Shown piece after piece: positions 1-54,919 of a stretch of DNA of 64,000 nt (the stretch's first letter is position 1; each line of letters begins with the position of its first letter). Under the pieces are notes generated by a model, which was not told the origin of the DNA, did no database searches, and saw nothing but the letters and a program-made list of their open reading frames with translations. The stretch comes from Amoebidium appalachense (lineage: Eukaryota > Protista > Ichthyosporea), in NCBI GenBank assembly GCA_963693365.1, contig CAVNZM010000015.1, forward strand, positions 3,658,001 to 3,722,000. Direction: 5' to 3'. The position numbers and the translations under genes are program-made.

Positions 1-400
1 ATGGGGGCGGTTGAGGGGGGGGGGGGGGGGGGGGGGGGGGGGATAGGGCGGTAAGAAAGCGAAGCGTGTGTGCTGGAGTGGGGGTGGGGGGGGGGGGGAG
101 GGGGGGGGGGGGGAGGGGAGGGGAGGGGAGGGGTGATTGAAGAGAGGGAGATCGTTGTGCATTTTGAACTGTTGCATTATGTGCCACCATGTCAGTGTGT
201 CGGTAGGTGTACAAGCAGTGATAGTTTTTGTGAGCAACGTGCTTTTGTGAAGGAACACGGGCATGTCTCGTACCATTCGTGCAGCAGCTAAACAGTGCAT
301 AGCTAAGATGCATAAAAGGTACACACACACACATACACACGCACACACACGCGCACACACGCACACACACACCACACGCACACGCACACGCACACGCGCG

Positions 401-473
<73 letters not shown>

Positions 474-873
474 GGTAGCAAAACGTCCTGAGTAAACACA
501 CACATCTCCCCTTTTCCCTGCGCGTATCACCAACTGCCATTCTCCGTCCCACGTTTGATGCACCAACCAACCCCCCCCCCCCTCCCCCGTCCCCGTTCCT
601 GCCCCTGTCTCCTCATAATCTTTCTCCCACTGCTCCCTTCCCGTTGCTCCATGCTTTGTATTGCCATCTATGGAATTCGCCTTCTACCCCCCCCCCCCCC
701 CCCCGCCCCCAACCCTCTCTCCAGCGCATGCTCCTAGTGTGTGCTCTACAACTTCTGCATTGGTGTTGTCCGTCGTGCATGTGTACTTCACACTCTGCAA
801 CACATTCTACCCCCCTCCCCCCCCCCCCCCCCCTCCCCCCAAACCACCACCCCCTCCCCTCCCCCCTCCCCGT

Positions 874-981
<108 letters not shown>

Positions 982-1008
982 GCTCCCTCTCCAAGGCTAG
1001 GAACATAC

Positions 1009-2243
1009 CTTGCAGCTTCGAACAGTTTAAGGGTCTGCTCAAATGGTAGCCCCACAACACTCTGCCGGCCACAAACAGCAGAGTCAGTACCAACACAACA
1101 ACTTCTCGATATGTCTGTGTGCCTCTAGACAAAGAAAAAACACGCACCACTATATCCCACCTTTCCTCCAAATCCTTCCCCCCCTCCCCCTCCCCCCTCC
1201 CCCCACTCCTCCTCCCCTCCCCCTCCCCCCTCCTCTTCCTCCCCCCCCCTCCCCCCTTCCCCCGGGGAACCCTAAAAGGAGGTCTGTCTACGGCCCGCAG
1301 GGGGGATTGAAAATCACAACAGAGATACATACACACACACACACACAGGGAGAAGAGAGGGAGATTGGGGGGAGGGGAGCACAAAACAAAGGCAGAGTTA
1401 CAGAGGACGACACAGCGTGGGGAAAAAAAAAAAGACTGGTTCCGTGAATAGGACAACACGAACCCCAGCTCAGATACTGCATCACTTGAACATGTCTGTG
1501 TGTGTGTGTTTGGGGTGGTGGTGGGTGGAGGGGGGGAGAGAGAGAAGGGGAGGGGGGAGGGGGGAGGTTGATTACCACTCCGTTGACGAAGAGAATAGTG
1601 TCACCAACAGAGAGCTGGCCGTTGCGTGCCGTTGCGGACCCAGGGAATATGTGCGACACAAACACACTGGGGATGAGAGACGTACGGCCCGTCTGCATGC
1701 AGATGTGTGTGAGTGATGTACGTGTGTGTGTGTGTGTGTATGTGTGTGTTGGGAAGGGTGGGAGGTGTGTGTGTGTGTGTGCGCGCGCGCCACATGATGG
1801 GAAGGGGATGGGGTTGGTGTAGGCATGGGAGAGGAGGTGGGAGGGGGTTTGAGGACGAGTGGGTGGGTGGGGATTGGGGACAAGGGTGGGGGGGGACGGG
1901 GGGGAGGACATGGTAAGAGAAAACCGGGAGACGGTCGAGAAGGCAGTACAGGGCATGGAATGGTATGCAGGAAGAGGGGGGGGGGGAGGGGGTGGTTGGG
2001 GGGGGGGGAGGGAGGGAGACAGAGAGAGAATGTGAGGGATGGAGGGAGAGGGGGGCGGGGGGAGGGGGGGGAAGAGAGAGCGAGAGAGTGTTTGTGTACC
2101 TCAGGGAGGGAGGGAAAGGGGGGAGGGGGCGGGGAGAGCTCCGGAGAGAGAGAGGGAGGGATGGAGGGAGGGGAGAGGGGGGGGGAAGAGAGAGACAGAG
2201 ACAGAGACAAGAGAGAGAGAGAGAGAGGGAGAGAGAGAGAGAG

Positions 2244-2285
<42 letters not shown>

Positions 2286-2336
2286 GAGAAGGCGGCAGGG
2301 AAAGACAGAGAGAGACAGGAGAGACAGGGGGGGGGG

Positions 2337-2420
<84 letters not shown>

Positions 2421-4414
2421 AAGAGAGAGAGGGAAGGGAGAGAAGGAAGGGAGAGAGACAGGGAGAGACAGAGAGAGAGAGAGACAGGAGAGACAGGGAG
2501 AGACAGAGAGACAGAGACAGGAGAGACAGGGAGCACAGAGAGAGAGACAGGAGAGACAGGGAGAGAGAGAGAGACTCTGTTAGACTAAAGATAGAGACAC
2601 GATAAGCCCAAAGAGGCATTGTGACGTCATGCAAATATTTATCCAGGAATAGCTCAAGGGTCCAAGAAACAAAAAGGAACCGAAGTGGTACCTCTGTGAG
2701 TGTGAAAAGGGCGGGAAGGGGTGGAAGGGGGGGAAGGGAGGGGGGGCTCCGGAGAAATGAAACTAGGGGACGGTGTTTTGGCATATACATGTTTGATTGA
2801 GAAGAACCGTTGGTAGGGGGTCAAAAAGGCTGAGAGTCTGAGCCCTTGCCGGAGAATGGAAAGAGGCAAAGAGAACCACGTGGGGGGGGGAAGGGGGGGG
2901 AGGGATCAAAGGATGGGGAGTTATGGGGTGGGTGGGGGGGTGGGGTGGGGGTGTGGGGGGAGAGGGTAAGGGAGGAGGAACTGGGGGGGGGGGGGGGGGG
3001 GAGGAGGAGGATGAACTTAAGGGAGAGCTGTGTGGGTGTGGAGGAGGGGCAAGAAAAGGAGGGGGGGGGGGGGGAGGAGAGGAACAGGGAACAAGTATAT
3101 TTTGCGGATGATGAAAAAAGGAAGAAGGGAAGGACGTACCCAAAGGGATGTGTACATGTCTGCGGCGGCAAAGGGCGGGGTGAGGTGGGGGTGGGGCGGG
3201 GGAGGGGGTGGGGGGGGGGGGGGGGGGGGCGAGAGGGGAAGGGAGAAGGGGAGGGGGAGGGAGGCGGGGGGGGGGGGGACCTCTGTGATCATGAAACCCA
3301 GACTATCCGATGCCTGTTTCTTGATGACGATTGTCTTCTGCTTGGTCATGTCTGCAAACGACTGCACATCTCTCTCGGCAACCCTCACAGCTCCCTTTGC
3401 CCGGTTATAGATGGTGTCCGGGGTGTCCTGCTGTTGGGGCGCATACCAAGGTGATGTTTGGTCGACGGATGCGGATGTGGATGCGGATGCTGGTTGCTCG
3501 TTCGAAGTTTTTCTGGACATTCCCACTTGGGGAGAGAGTTCGGGCGTGATTTTGTGATGTGCTTGGAGGCTCTCCTTTCTTTCCATCTCGAGAATTTCAT
3601 TGTCATCGTCGGAAACATCGGTGTCGCTTTCTGTGTCTTCCAACTCTTCTTCTGCTTCTTGTAACTCGGCCGCATTCCTGTCGATTTGCTCCTGGAATCT
3701 CCGTCGTTTAAGTTCGTATTCTTCTTGCTCACGTTTCAACTGCGACCTAAGCGCCGTATCCTCTCTCTTCAACTGCTCTATCTTTTCCAACTTTTTCGCT
3801 CGTTTTTCCGCCCTTCTCTTTTCCAGCTTTTCCGCTCTAACCCTCTCCTTTTCGCTCGCTAGTCTCTTTTCTCTCTCTTCCTCCGCCTTTTTCCTTGCTG
3901 CTTCCTCCTCTTCCTTCCTCTTCCTTTCTTCCTCTTCTTCTTGTGCCTTCTTTCTCGCCTTCTCATCCGACTTTTGTTTCTTCTTTTCTTCCTTCCTTGC
4001 TGCTTTTCTCAACGCCTTTTCTTGTGACTCCCTTGCTTTAGCTTCTTCATCTACGGCCTCATCTTTGCTCTTTTTGCCTTCTGGACTTGGCGGAGTAATC
4101 AAAACCTCCGCTGGTGCGGCTGAAGCTCTACGTGAAGGTTCCTCCTTCTCTCCCTGTTCATTCTTATCACCGTTCTGCTTTGGGCTTGATGTTTCTTCCT
4201 TCCCAACAACATCGGTGTCATCCTTAGAACCGTGAGCCTGCTTGGGGCTATAAAAGCTCTCGTTTACATCACTACTGTCGAGCTGAGCTTGTTTCATGCT
4301 TTGAGCGTTATCCCCTCCCTGATTATCCTTGTCATGCCGTGAGCTGCTCAGGGTGGGTGTTTTTGTGGGTGAAGGTGGTGTTGCCTCAGCATTCTCTATC
4401 TTTTGCTCCTCCAT
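1009..4414 (-). CDS. PDZ-domain protein (Mint/X11/APBA-like PDZ1) with long E/K/R-rich N-terminus; spliced, 3' part unresolved
   Basis: Exon 4414-3281 (MEEQKIE...TIVIKKQASDSLGFMITE|GT), exon 1692-1576 (TGRTSLIPSVFVSHIFPGSATARNGQLSVGDTILFVNGV) and exon 1061-1009 (SVVGLPFEQTLKLFEAA) join in phase at GT-AG sites. The joined sequence resembles Mint PDZ1 as I recall it (ILGVVIVESGWGSILPTVII...[21 protein letters not shown]). Downstream exons were not identified. Confidence 0.8.
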
Positions 4415-5309
4415 TTTAGCTTGCTCTTGCTTATGTTTGCAAGTCAAAATTATATAACGAGGCTGGGAGGGGTAGGCAGTGGTGGTGTCAGGTGTGGGGT
4501 GATGTCGTTGGTGGTGACGATGGGAATTTGGAGGAAGGGGGGAGCTCCGATGAAATGAAAATCAATGGCAGAGCGGCCAAAAAAAAGAAAGAAAGAAAGA
4601 AAGAAAGAAAGAAGAAAAAAAGCAGGCGCAAGTTGAAGTGTTCAAAAAAATAACGAAATTCAGCTGAGGAAAGTGGGACTCCGATCGCGGAGTCCAAACC
4701 ATAAAAATTTCACAATAAACATTTTTGATTGGTCCCAAAAGCATCTGATGTAATGTTTGATTGGCTTAAAGTGCACCAAACAAAACACCCAAGACTCCAG
4801 TATGTGGGTCCTATAAATAGGCGTTCCCACATCCCGGTTTACAGATTTACACTTTACCGAATAATCATCAAGAATGAATGGCTTTTGGGCCCGGGCATGA
4901 GAGTAAATAAAGGCTACAAAAAAATACTAATATTAAAAAAAAAGGAAAATGGAAGCTTTAATTGATTTCCCAATGAGCGAAGAAAATGAAACAATTTTAT
5001 CCTATTTAGTAGTGACAAGTGAAGTTTCGGGTGATCAGCTTTTTATCCAGGAACGTCACGCCAGTCACTCACTTCGTCGCCCATCCCCACCAGCGATAAG
5101 TGCGCCAACGGTACATACTCTCTCTCTATATATACCGATATGTAGTTATATACACATGAGGGGATGAGTAGTAAGGGGAAGGAGGGAGGGGAGCTGGCGG
5201 GATCGCCGCTGGGGGGGGGGGGGGGGGGGGGGGGGTCCCGGGGAGGATCCGGGGCCCGGGGGAGGAGGGAAGCATGGGAGAGAGAAAGCCGGGGTGAGAG
5301 AGACCGTCC

Positions 5310-5349
<40 letters not shown>

Positions 5350-6928
5350 GGGGTGGAGGCGAGGGGGGGGGGAGGGGGGGGGGGGAGGGATTCTGATAAA
5401 AGTGCGATGATTCTGCTAAAAGCAGAATGATTTCGATTTTTTGCGCTTATGCAGAATCAATAATCTTTTGCTGAATATTAATTCTGCTTTGAGGAGAATC
5501 ATTATCCTGCTTTCAAACAGAATAATATTTTCTTCTTGCAGAACAATCCTGCTCGGAGCAAGTTGACTCAGCCGATGTGGTTGGGGCCTCTATGACAAAA
5601 AGAAAGTTTGTGCATTGAATAATAGAAGGATTCAAAATGATTCCTCATCACATTTATGTCCATAGTTGAGGTGATTGTTGTGGGTTACGGGTGACACAGA
5701 TGTGAGATATCAGTATCATATATTTAACTAATGAATGCATATTATATATCGATGCCTATGAATTTCAATAAAAGTTATTTTTAAAAAAAGAAGAAGACTT
5801 GCTAGCTTAGTGCATGAGAATTTCAGTACGGTAGTCGCGATAATCAGGTGCTTCGTTAATTTATCAGTAGCAAAACAGGTCTAGGGGAATATTGCCATTA
5901 AATTATTGGCAGTGCCCCGGAGCTGTGGGCATGTGTATACGTATATACAGTACGTCTCGGCATATGGGCTCAACTGAGTTGCTACCATTATCATCAATAA
6001 ATATAAACACACGGAAATTTGGGAAGTTTTGGATTTGAAATGGGGGTGGGATATAGACGTCTGGACGAGGGAACACGATCAGGCCTGGGGATCCTCCCCC
6101 CCCCCCCCCCCCCCCCCCCCCCCCGCGCCCCCCTCCCTCTTCGGAGGTTTTCGTACCGCACCCTGTCCCCCCCCCCCCCCCCCCCCCCCTCCCCGGGGGC
6201 CCTTTCCCGCCCACACGTGCTCCTCATCATTCCCAGAGTCTCTTTTTGACCCGCCAAAGGTTGGTGCAAACCCTTAAGACTATGGTAGTATGTTGGTTTC
6301 CCGTGAAGGCCACAGAACGTGTTTCATTGACACAGCGTGAACTGCTTGTATCACTTTATCATACATTTTCATTTTATTGCAGAGTACTGTATATGTTTGT
6401 GTACATCACGATACTATGCGCCTTTATTATCACAATGTCTTGCATTAATTTAAATTCCTTATTGACACTATCGAACCAATTAATCGTCCACCTACAATTA
6501 GATTATACCTTGGATTTCTTCATTCGAAATATTCCAAACAGGTCACCAGCACACGACGTTCAAACCCCGCCGTGAAAAGCATTAGAAACTGTTTTTGAAA
6601 AACATTGTGACATACGATCATATATCCAGCCGTTAGCACATTCGGCGGCTTTCTTACATCCCCTCCTTATTAGATACGCTCATTATTATACCCTTACTGT
6701 ACATCATCAGAGATAATTGTTCATATTATTAGAAAATGTTTGGTTCACACTGTCACAACGCTAGAGACGATTGGCTCTTTCTATTACAACATCGGAGAAC
6801 ATTCAAGCGGCTCGTACTATTACAAATCAGACACAGTTGTTAGTCCGTATACATACTATGACCTAACGGTACCATGTAAATATCCTGCTGTTTTAAGGGG
6901 GACATTTTGGTGCCCTGGTGCATCCAAA

Positions 6929-47350
<40,422 letters not shown>

Positions 47351-48809
47351 CCTCGCCCGCCCTGCCCCAGGCAGCTCGCTGCTAGTTTTAGAAGGATTGT
47401 CGTCGATGCCTGTTGAAACTGCTAAAACTCATTATATACCTAATTTATATACCTAATAGAGGAGTAATGCCGATGATGTGTGCCTTTTTTCTTTTCGTGT
47501 GCTATGGTGTAGTGATAGCGGAATAACCCAAGTGAATATGAAGAAGTTTCTCTGTGCACACGATTATGTGCAACTGTAGGCGTGTTTGTGTGTGTTCAAG
47601 TAAACGGTGTTTGATAGTGGCACACCCGGGGTAATATGTGTACACTCGGCTAGTATAATGTAATATCAATACTATTTAGCTACTTCAATCTCAGCTACAT
47701 AAGATCTTGTCTGCTTTCTGAAGCCCTGGTACCCTTCATGAGTCTGTACGTTGATAGCGCAAACACATTCCACAGTGTAAAATTGGATGTGCCATTAGCT
47801 ACAAACCACGCAGAGCAAACGCCGTCACGTGCAGGTGGGTCGGTGTCCAACTCCCGTGAGAACCGCCACGAGTCAACGTCGTAGTAACTGTACGGAGGAA
47901 TCTCGAATTACTTCTACTGTATTTCAATGTGTATATTATAGATACATTATATGGCTTTATTTTGCGCTATGCAATCGATCTGCTGATGTTGCTCAAATGA
48001 AAGTGGAAGTTATAATTAATTAGCTTCACGATCCAATAATCATACATGCATGTATGTACGTATACGTCTGCCGGGAACGTTCACCGTGGCTCCAAAGTTT
48101 TAACGGAAGTGGTAGATAATGCACGAAAAAAATAATGCACCAAGGCGGCCTTCTTTATTTGATAGGAAACTCATGCTTACTTGATGACCATACGAAACGG
48201 CCTTTTTCTTCATGTCACACCGTCACAAGTTGGCAACTTGAAGTGCATCGTGGATCTACGCTGGAATGCGGCAACATAAGCCATGATAAAATCAGCCAAT
48301 CCTCGAAGATTGTGCTAAAAAATTCATCGTTCTGTTCACCCCCAACAATGATTCTGCTGTGTATAGGTGATAAGCGACATTATTCTCTATTTGCTGATTC
48401 TCTACCTATATGTATTCATGTGTATCATCCTTTTGTCTTCTAGCTTTCGAATATCCGGCAGCCCGGCGCGGCCGGCCAGCCATATTTCTCCGGTTCAAGA
48501 AAGCAGCAGTGGTAGTAGTACTGCTCACCTGCTGATGTGGGGTCGATGCAGTCTGTAATGCGTCATTTCCAAGTAATCTTAACCGCAAGAGGTCCATAGC
48601 ATCTGTATGTGAGTATGTCGTTGTAGACTACTGTGCGTCTTATCAGTGGCTGTGTCTGCTTGTCGGTCTTCACACTCACACGCGTTGTATGCGGTGTTTG
48701 TACTGTAGATGTGAAAATCCTGTTTGAAAAGCCCAAATCTTCATCAAGTGAACTCGAAAAGGTCATCGGTTGCTTTACTTAAAACTGTCATTGAGTGAAA
48801 GAGAAAAAA

Positions 48810-51287
48810 ATGATTTCTGTGCTCTCATGCCTGGCTCTGGCGGTGTCCGGTGTATCGGCCCTTTCGAGCAGTGGTGAGTTTCCCTGTTTTTTATTTGTTT
48901 GTTGTGTTTTTGTTTTTTGTTTTTGTGCTCTTTTGTCTTCCTCACAAAAAGAAGAAGAAGAAGAAGAATACAACTGTGAATGATGTGCATCCACGTCCCT
49001 CTTCCCAACAATGTTTGCATGCAGAGGACTTCGGGCGTAAAATGTTGGGGTTTTTTCCTATCATCATGAGTCACATAATTAATTATGCCTTACGTTTCTG
49101 CAAGCCAGCACCAAAGATAGAAGGTGGGGAGGGGGGGGGGGGGGGGGAGGGGGGGGGGGGGGGGGGGGGGGGGGGATTTATCAACGGCACTTCCTAAGGT
49201 TTGAAGCATGCACATTACAGTCTAACAGTGATAATGATATGGTGCCCCCATATAACCCTTTTCCATTTAATATTTTCCTTAAATTCGAAAAATTATTCAA
49301 AGTCCATCCCAACTGTTTGCTAAAACATCATTGCATAACTGTCGCGGCAAACTGTTGTGCAGGCACGCATTGCACCCCATAGCCTCAATTTTCAGAGTGC
49401 ATATCTCATACGCCTACTTGACCACTATCATCGTTATCAATTCCCATCCTTGCAATAATATTCCTCCACAACATGTAATCATTATCAATTGCAGCGCACT
49501 TATTATTTTTTCGCATAATATATCCTTTCGCAAACATAATCATAACTTTGAATTGTGACGCTTCTATCATCTTTGTGCACGCATAGTCGATATGAATTCC
49601 AACGATCGTATTATCTTTTTCGCGCACATGATCACTATCAATCGCAATGCTCGTATTATCTTATCTTTTTGCTCCATGTTCCATAACCGTTGGCATAGCT
49701 CGCACATGCGTGATCCGATCATGACAGTGTGCAGAACTCGGAATTGTTTAGCTGCTGGTAGTCTTACTGTAGAATTCTCGTTTTTGGTATATCTCGTTGG
49801 ATATCCGGTGAAGCTATCTCAGCGACTATCTCGTTGTGTCTATGGCAACTGTACTATTTATCCATTCTTTGCCCTGTCTGACTGACACCCCGATCGAAAT
49901 AAAATTCAAAAAAAAAAAAAAAAATGTTTCAAACACACATCTGCATCGATGCGTACATACACCGAACATGTGCAAAGTTAACCACTTGTGTGAGTATGTG
50001 TGAGCGACACCCAAAATATCAACTGTCCGTAGATTCTGAACGTAAGGAAGTGTGTATTGTATTGTTCACGTTCATACACCTTTTGATTTACTATTAGACA
50101 GCTGAAGTAAGTGCGTTTATAGCAAACAAAGGTGCTCGGACATATATGCGTGGCTGGAGTGTAGGAGAAGGCATGGAGAACCGCGTGCACCGGTATCACC
50201 ATCTATCTACACTGCACATATGTACTGCCCATGCGTCCTTTGTGCTAACATCGGCGAACTGGCGTGCCCGCGCCCATGTGTCACCCATTTACAGGTTCTA
50301 AGGAATCCAATCCACCCTTTTCGGATTATGGTAATTTTAACAGTTAAATTAAGTTTTTCAAAGTTTTTCCAGTTTGCGAAGTTCTGTCTGAACGATTTGA
50401 GGGCCATCGTGATTGCTGCGCCAACACCACACAATCGTTCTTTTTTTCTTTCCCCGATGTTTGTTGCCTAACCCCATGCCTCAGGATGCATCCAAACTTA
50501 TGCCTCTCCACCCACATCATTAAGCAGCATCATGCAATATACATACAATCTAATCCTCAGAGTTTTAAAACCATTTCAATTTATTCACCCACATTAAGCA
50601 CCGTGCAATATACACACCATCTAATCCTTTTTTGAAACCATTTCATTTTATGTTGCCTATCAGGGGCCAGTTTGAAGCTTGCCTTAATGGAAACGGAACG
50701 ATTTGGTAAAATAACTACACTTATTTGCCTAGTTCACCCCCCCCACGGCTTGTCTTTGTCATATAAATTCTCTCATTTGTCATATAAATGCTCTCAGGAA
50801 CTGAACCAAAACAAAGCAAATTGTCGTAAAAATGCCCTTCAACACAGACCCAAAACAAAGCAATCACTTTCCCTGTATACCTTGACCTGTCCCATTGCTT
50901 TCTCCAGGTCTCATTGGGATATGCTTGTAGATTTCCAATTAATCCTTCCCCCTCCCCGCCTCCCCCCTCCCCCTCCCCTCCCCCCCCCCCCCCCCCCCTT
51001 TCCCATCCTCCACACACACACACGCACACGCACACACACACACACACACACACACCTCCCCTTCCTGACATATTCTGCAAAGTACCATGCCCCTGCATCC
51101 TAACCCTCCCTCCCCCCCCCCCCCCCCCCCCCCCCCCCAGGCCTTATCACCCTCGGCACAGCCATGACGCAGGGCACTCAGATGCACCCGAGCACTCGAT
51201 TCTGTGGCCACGGCCACCCAACGGACAAAACTGGTAATGCTCTCCTTGACACAACACACATACATACACAGAGAGAGAGAGAGAGAG

Positions 51288-51321
<34 letters not shown>

Positions 51322-51485
51322 AGTGAGAGAGAGAGGGGGAGAAAGAGAGACAGACAGACAGACACATGCACGAGCAGCCATGCACGTGCGCACGCACATA
51401 CACAGACACGCACACACACACACATACACACACACACACACACACATAAAAAACGCTGTCAATTCTTAATTCTTTGGCGTCAGTG

Positions 51486-51536
<51 letters not shown>

Positions 51537-53009
51537 AAAAAAAAAAAAACTTCGTTGTATTTTTTTTTTTTTTTTTTTGGGGGGGGGGGGGGGGAGGGGG
51601 ACAGGGGTTCTCTGCCCCAATCTGTTCCGATGCTACCATCCAATTGTATCTCACTGAGTCTTTTTGCAAGAAGAGCACTTGAGCACAACAAAAACAAACA
51701 AACCAACGGTTCATGCATATATTCTCCTGACGAATGTTCCTAATGGTATGAGGTAATGCTCGGTCAACCTCTTTTCATGTGCCATGTGGCACGCTGCTGT
51801 AGCCAACAACAGGGCTCCCACCAGTGCATTTCAATTCCATTTCATTTCAATTTCATTTCCCATCCCACTCCTTTGTCGTCTCATTTCAATCTCGCTGCAT
51901 TTCAATCCCATTTCACTTCAATCGTACTTCATTTCAATCTCATACCATTTCAATCTCATCATATCACTGTTTGCAGGTCGTGATCTGGCCCCTCTCAACC
52001 CCACCGATCTGTGCTGCTGGCGCCGTGACCAGTGTCAGTCTACAGATATGATCATGGATCAGGTAGCCCCCCCTCCCCCCCCCCCCCCCCCCCCCCGCCC
52101 CTCTCTCTCTCTGCCCTCCCCCCACCCACACCCCACCCCTCCTTAGTTCCTTCCCCCCTCCCTCATCCCCCTCCCCTCCCCCCCGTGCCCTGGGGGTGTC
52201 ACTTAGCAAGGTTCAAGTTCTTAACCATGAGGAAACAGACACACACATTGTTATTACACACAGAGAGAGGGGGGGGGGGGGGGGGGGGAGAAAGGCAGCA
52301 CACACACACACATACACACACACACACACACAAGGGCATAGAATAAGGGACAGAGAGGGAGGGAGGGAGGGGGGGGGGGGGGGCAACACATGCACTCACT
52401 CACTTACTCCGTGTTCATTTCTCGCTCGCTTACTCATTCACTCACTCGCACATGCACACACACAGTGCGAGAGAGCGCAAGCGGGGGAGAGACAGAGAGA
52501 GGGGCTGGGGAAGGGGGGGGGCGGGAGGGGTTGGTTGGAAGCAACTAGGAGCACACACAAACACATACATAATCAAATGCACTGATCTTGAAAAACACAC
52601 ACACACACACACCCCTTGAAATTGCTTCAACTACCCAAGCCAATTTTAATTTTTGACTTTTAATTTTGATTTTTTAACCCGGCACTATCATTGGTCACAG
52701 GTGCGTGTGCGTCACTGTGACTGCGACTATCAGATGGTGCAGTGTCTGATGAAAGCCAACAGTCCTCTTGCTCTGGAGGTCATCGATATTTTCTACAATG
52801 CAATGGGCGCAAAGTGTCTCAACTATGACATGGTTGGTTCCCCTCCCCCCCTCCCCCCCCCTCCCCCCCCCCACACACACACACACACGCACATGCACAA
52901 AAAAAAACGCCACACACACACACACACACCACCACCACACCACACCACAACACCCCCATCCCGAACGCACACACATATATACATATATACACTTGCACAT
53001 ACACACCAC

Positions 53010-53042
<33 letters not shown>

Positions 53043-53572
53043 ACACACACATCCCTCGATCCGACCCGCCCTGCTACCATTCCCTTACCTAAACAGACAT
53101 TCGAAGTCAGAAATCCCCCTTCCCCCCTTTCCCCCTCAACGGTTTCAAAACTCAAACACCCAACTTTATTCTCTCTTGCTCTTTCTCTCTCCCCGACTCT
53201 CTCTCCATCCCTCCCCCCCCTCTCTCCCCCCCTCCTGCCTCCTATCTCTCTATCTCTCGCTCTCTGTCTCTCTGTGTGTGTGTGCGCGCGCTTGTGTTCG
53301 TATGTCTGTGTGTGTGCACGCGCACGCACCTGTGTGTGTTTGTGTGGCGCACGCACGTGTGTGTGTTGGCGTGTGACGCCGTGTGCGTGTCTTTCCTTTT
53401 GGTGCATGAGAGGGGACTGGGGGGGGGGGAGGGGGAGGGGGGAGACCAACGGGCCTTGCAACCGTTGTCATTGAATAGATGTACTCTATAAATAGTTACT
53501 GGTAGGCCATTGTTTGTTTCACGTGTTGTGTAAGTCATGGTGCAGCACTGTATTAAATTTAACTTACTGGCC

Positions 53573-53625
<53 letters not shown>

Positions 53626-54139
53626 AACACAAAAAAAAAAAAACCAGAAAGTCTTCAACGCTCAACAGTTATTGAGGAAATTCGGCAAGATTGCTCCCCC
53701 TCCCCTCATTCTTTTCCAACCCTACCAACGCGCAACGGCCGACGGCACCGCTGACGAAATTTTAAATTTCTCAAATTTCGTTTTCCCAAACCCCCGCCTC
53801 CCCCTAGCCCCGGTCTACTCCCGGCCCAAAAACCCGATTCCCCAGCCCGTTTCCCCGATCGACCCGGTTTCAAAAACCGGGTTTTACGAGTCGAAATGCT
53901 ATCTCTTCCTGTACTCCAAACCTAAGCAGGAGGGGGATTTTACCGTTGTTACCACGACAAAACCTGTTCTCCCGTTCGTTCCTCAGTCTGTGAGCGTGCC
54001 CCAGGGATGCAGGGCAAAGCTTTTCAACGGTGCAATGTTTGATGAGTCTAGGGGGACATACCCCTTTGAGGCGGGGCTCTATGACATGCCAGCCGGAGCT
54101 ACCGTTGCTTCTGCTTCCGTTTCTTTGATTGGGCAGTAG
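48810..54139 (+). CDS. Secreted group III phospholipase A2-like protein (catalytic His replaced by Arg) with C-terminal beta/gamma-crystallin-like segment, about 288 aa
   Basis: Five exons join in phase at GT-AG sites: 48810-48873 (signal-peptide-like MISVLSCLALAVSGVSA), 51141-51233 (HPSTRFCGHGH), 51977-52062 (TDLCCWRRDQC), 52701-52832 (RHCDCDYQMVQCL...FYNAMGAKC), 53648-54139 (...SVSVPQGCRAKLFNGAMF...*). Motifs parallel bee-venom PLA2 YPGTLWCGHGN, TDACCRTHDMC and CDCDDKFYDCL. Extra exons in the long first intron cannot be excluded. Confidence 0.85.
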
Positions 54140-54919
54140 TGTGTCGCTTTTACACCGTGTGTGTTTTTGTGGGGTTTGATTGGTTTTATATCATACGTTC
54201 AGGATGCGGCATAGTTGTCATCACTTGATCTAGCATAGAGAATCTAAAGTATGCATATGCAATCTGCTAGCCCGAGCCCAAGCATTCCGAATACATCCTA
54301 GTTTTTAATAAAGGTAGAATATGTAAACTTAAAGTGAATTGTGCCTCACTAGTATATATAGCGGTGTAAAAACGTAATGCTGATGGAAGGACCATTGCTA
54401 AAGGTCTGCCGTGCCACCGCAATTGGTAGATATTTATATCCGCCAGTGAACTGTAACCATTTATAGCCATTCGTGGGCACCATATTAGTCTAGGTGAAGG
54501 ATACCTACTCTACCGATTAACTTGAAGTGCCGCCTTGGGCCCGGCCGCTCACATTAAATCTGTAAGTGAATTCTGATTCAGATTTCGGTCTAAGACTTGC
54601 AAACCTGCACCAAATCGCGTCTTAACTGTTACTAACGGCGGTAATAATCATTCTAGAAGTGCTTACAATATACGCTTTAATAGTTAAGTTGGCAATTATC
54701 ACGGTGTGGGGTGAATAATTAAGGAGGGCCACGGTGGCTAACTCAGAGATTCAAGCCGCGCGCTCCGACGGTTTATGGCCATATATTCCTACTTTTTTTT
54801 TAGCTTCATAAAATCTTTTTTTTGCGCGCCAAAACTTCCAGCCCAAATTTTCATATTTGGTTAAATTACTGAGCATTTTGGAGACTGAGGTTCTGTAGTA
54901 TCTACGCCGCGGCTCCGTC

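Noticed and set aside
721-800. Next exon of the PDZ gene
   Set aside because: The required phase gives an immediate stop, and the segment matches the dispersed intronic repeat family.
3600-4235. 211-aa Ser/Phe/Leu-rich plus-strand ORF
   Set aside because: Antisense shadow of the E/K-rich exon of the PDZ gene.
5110-6215. Foldback or MITE with inverted arms around an AT-rich core
   Set aside because: The short inverted matches are weak and their order is inconsistent with a single inverted repeat.
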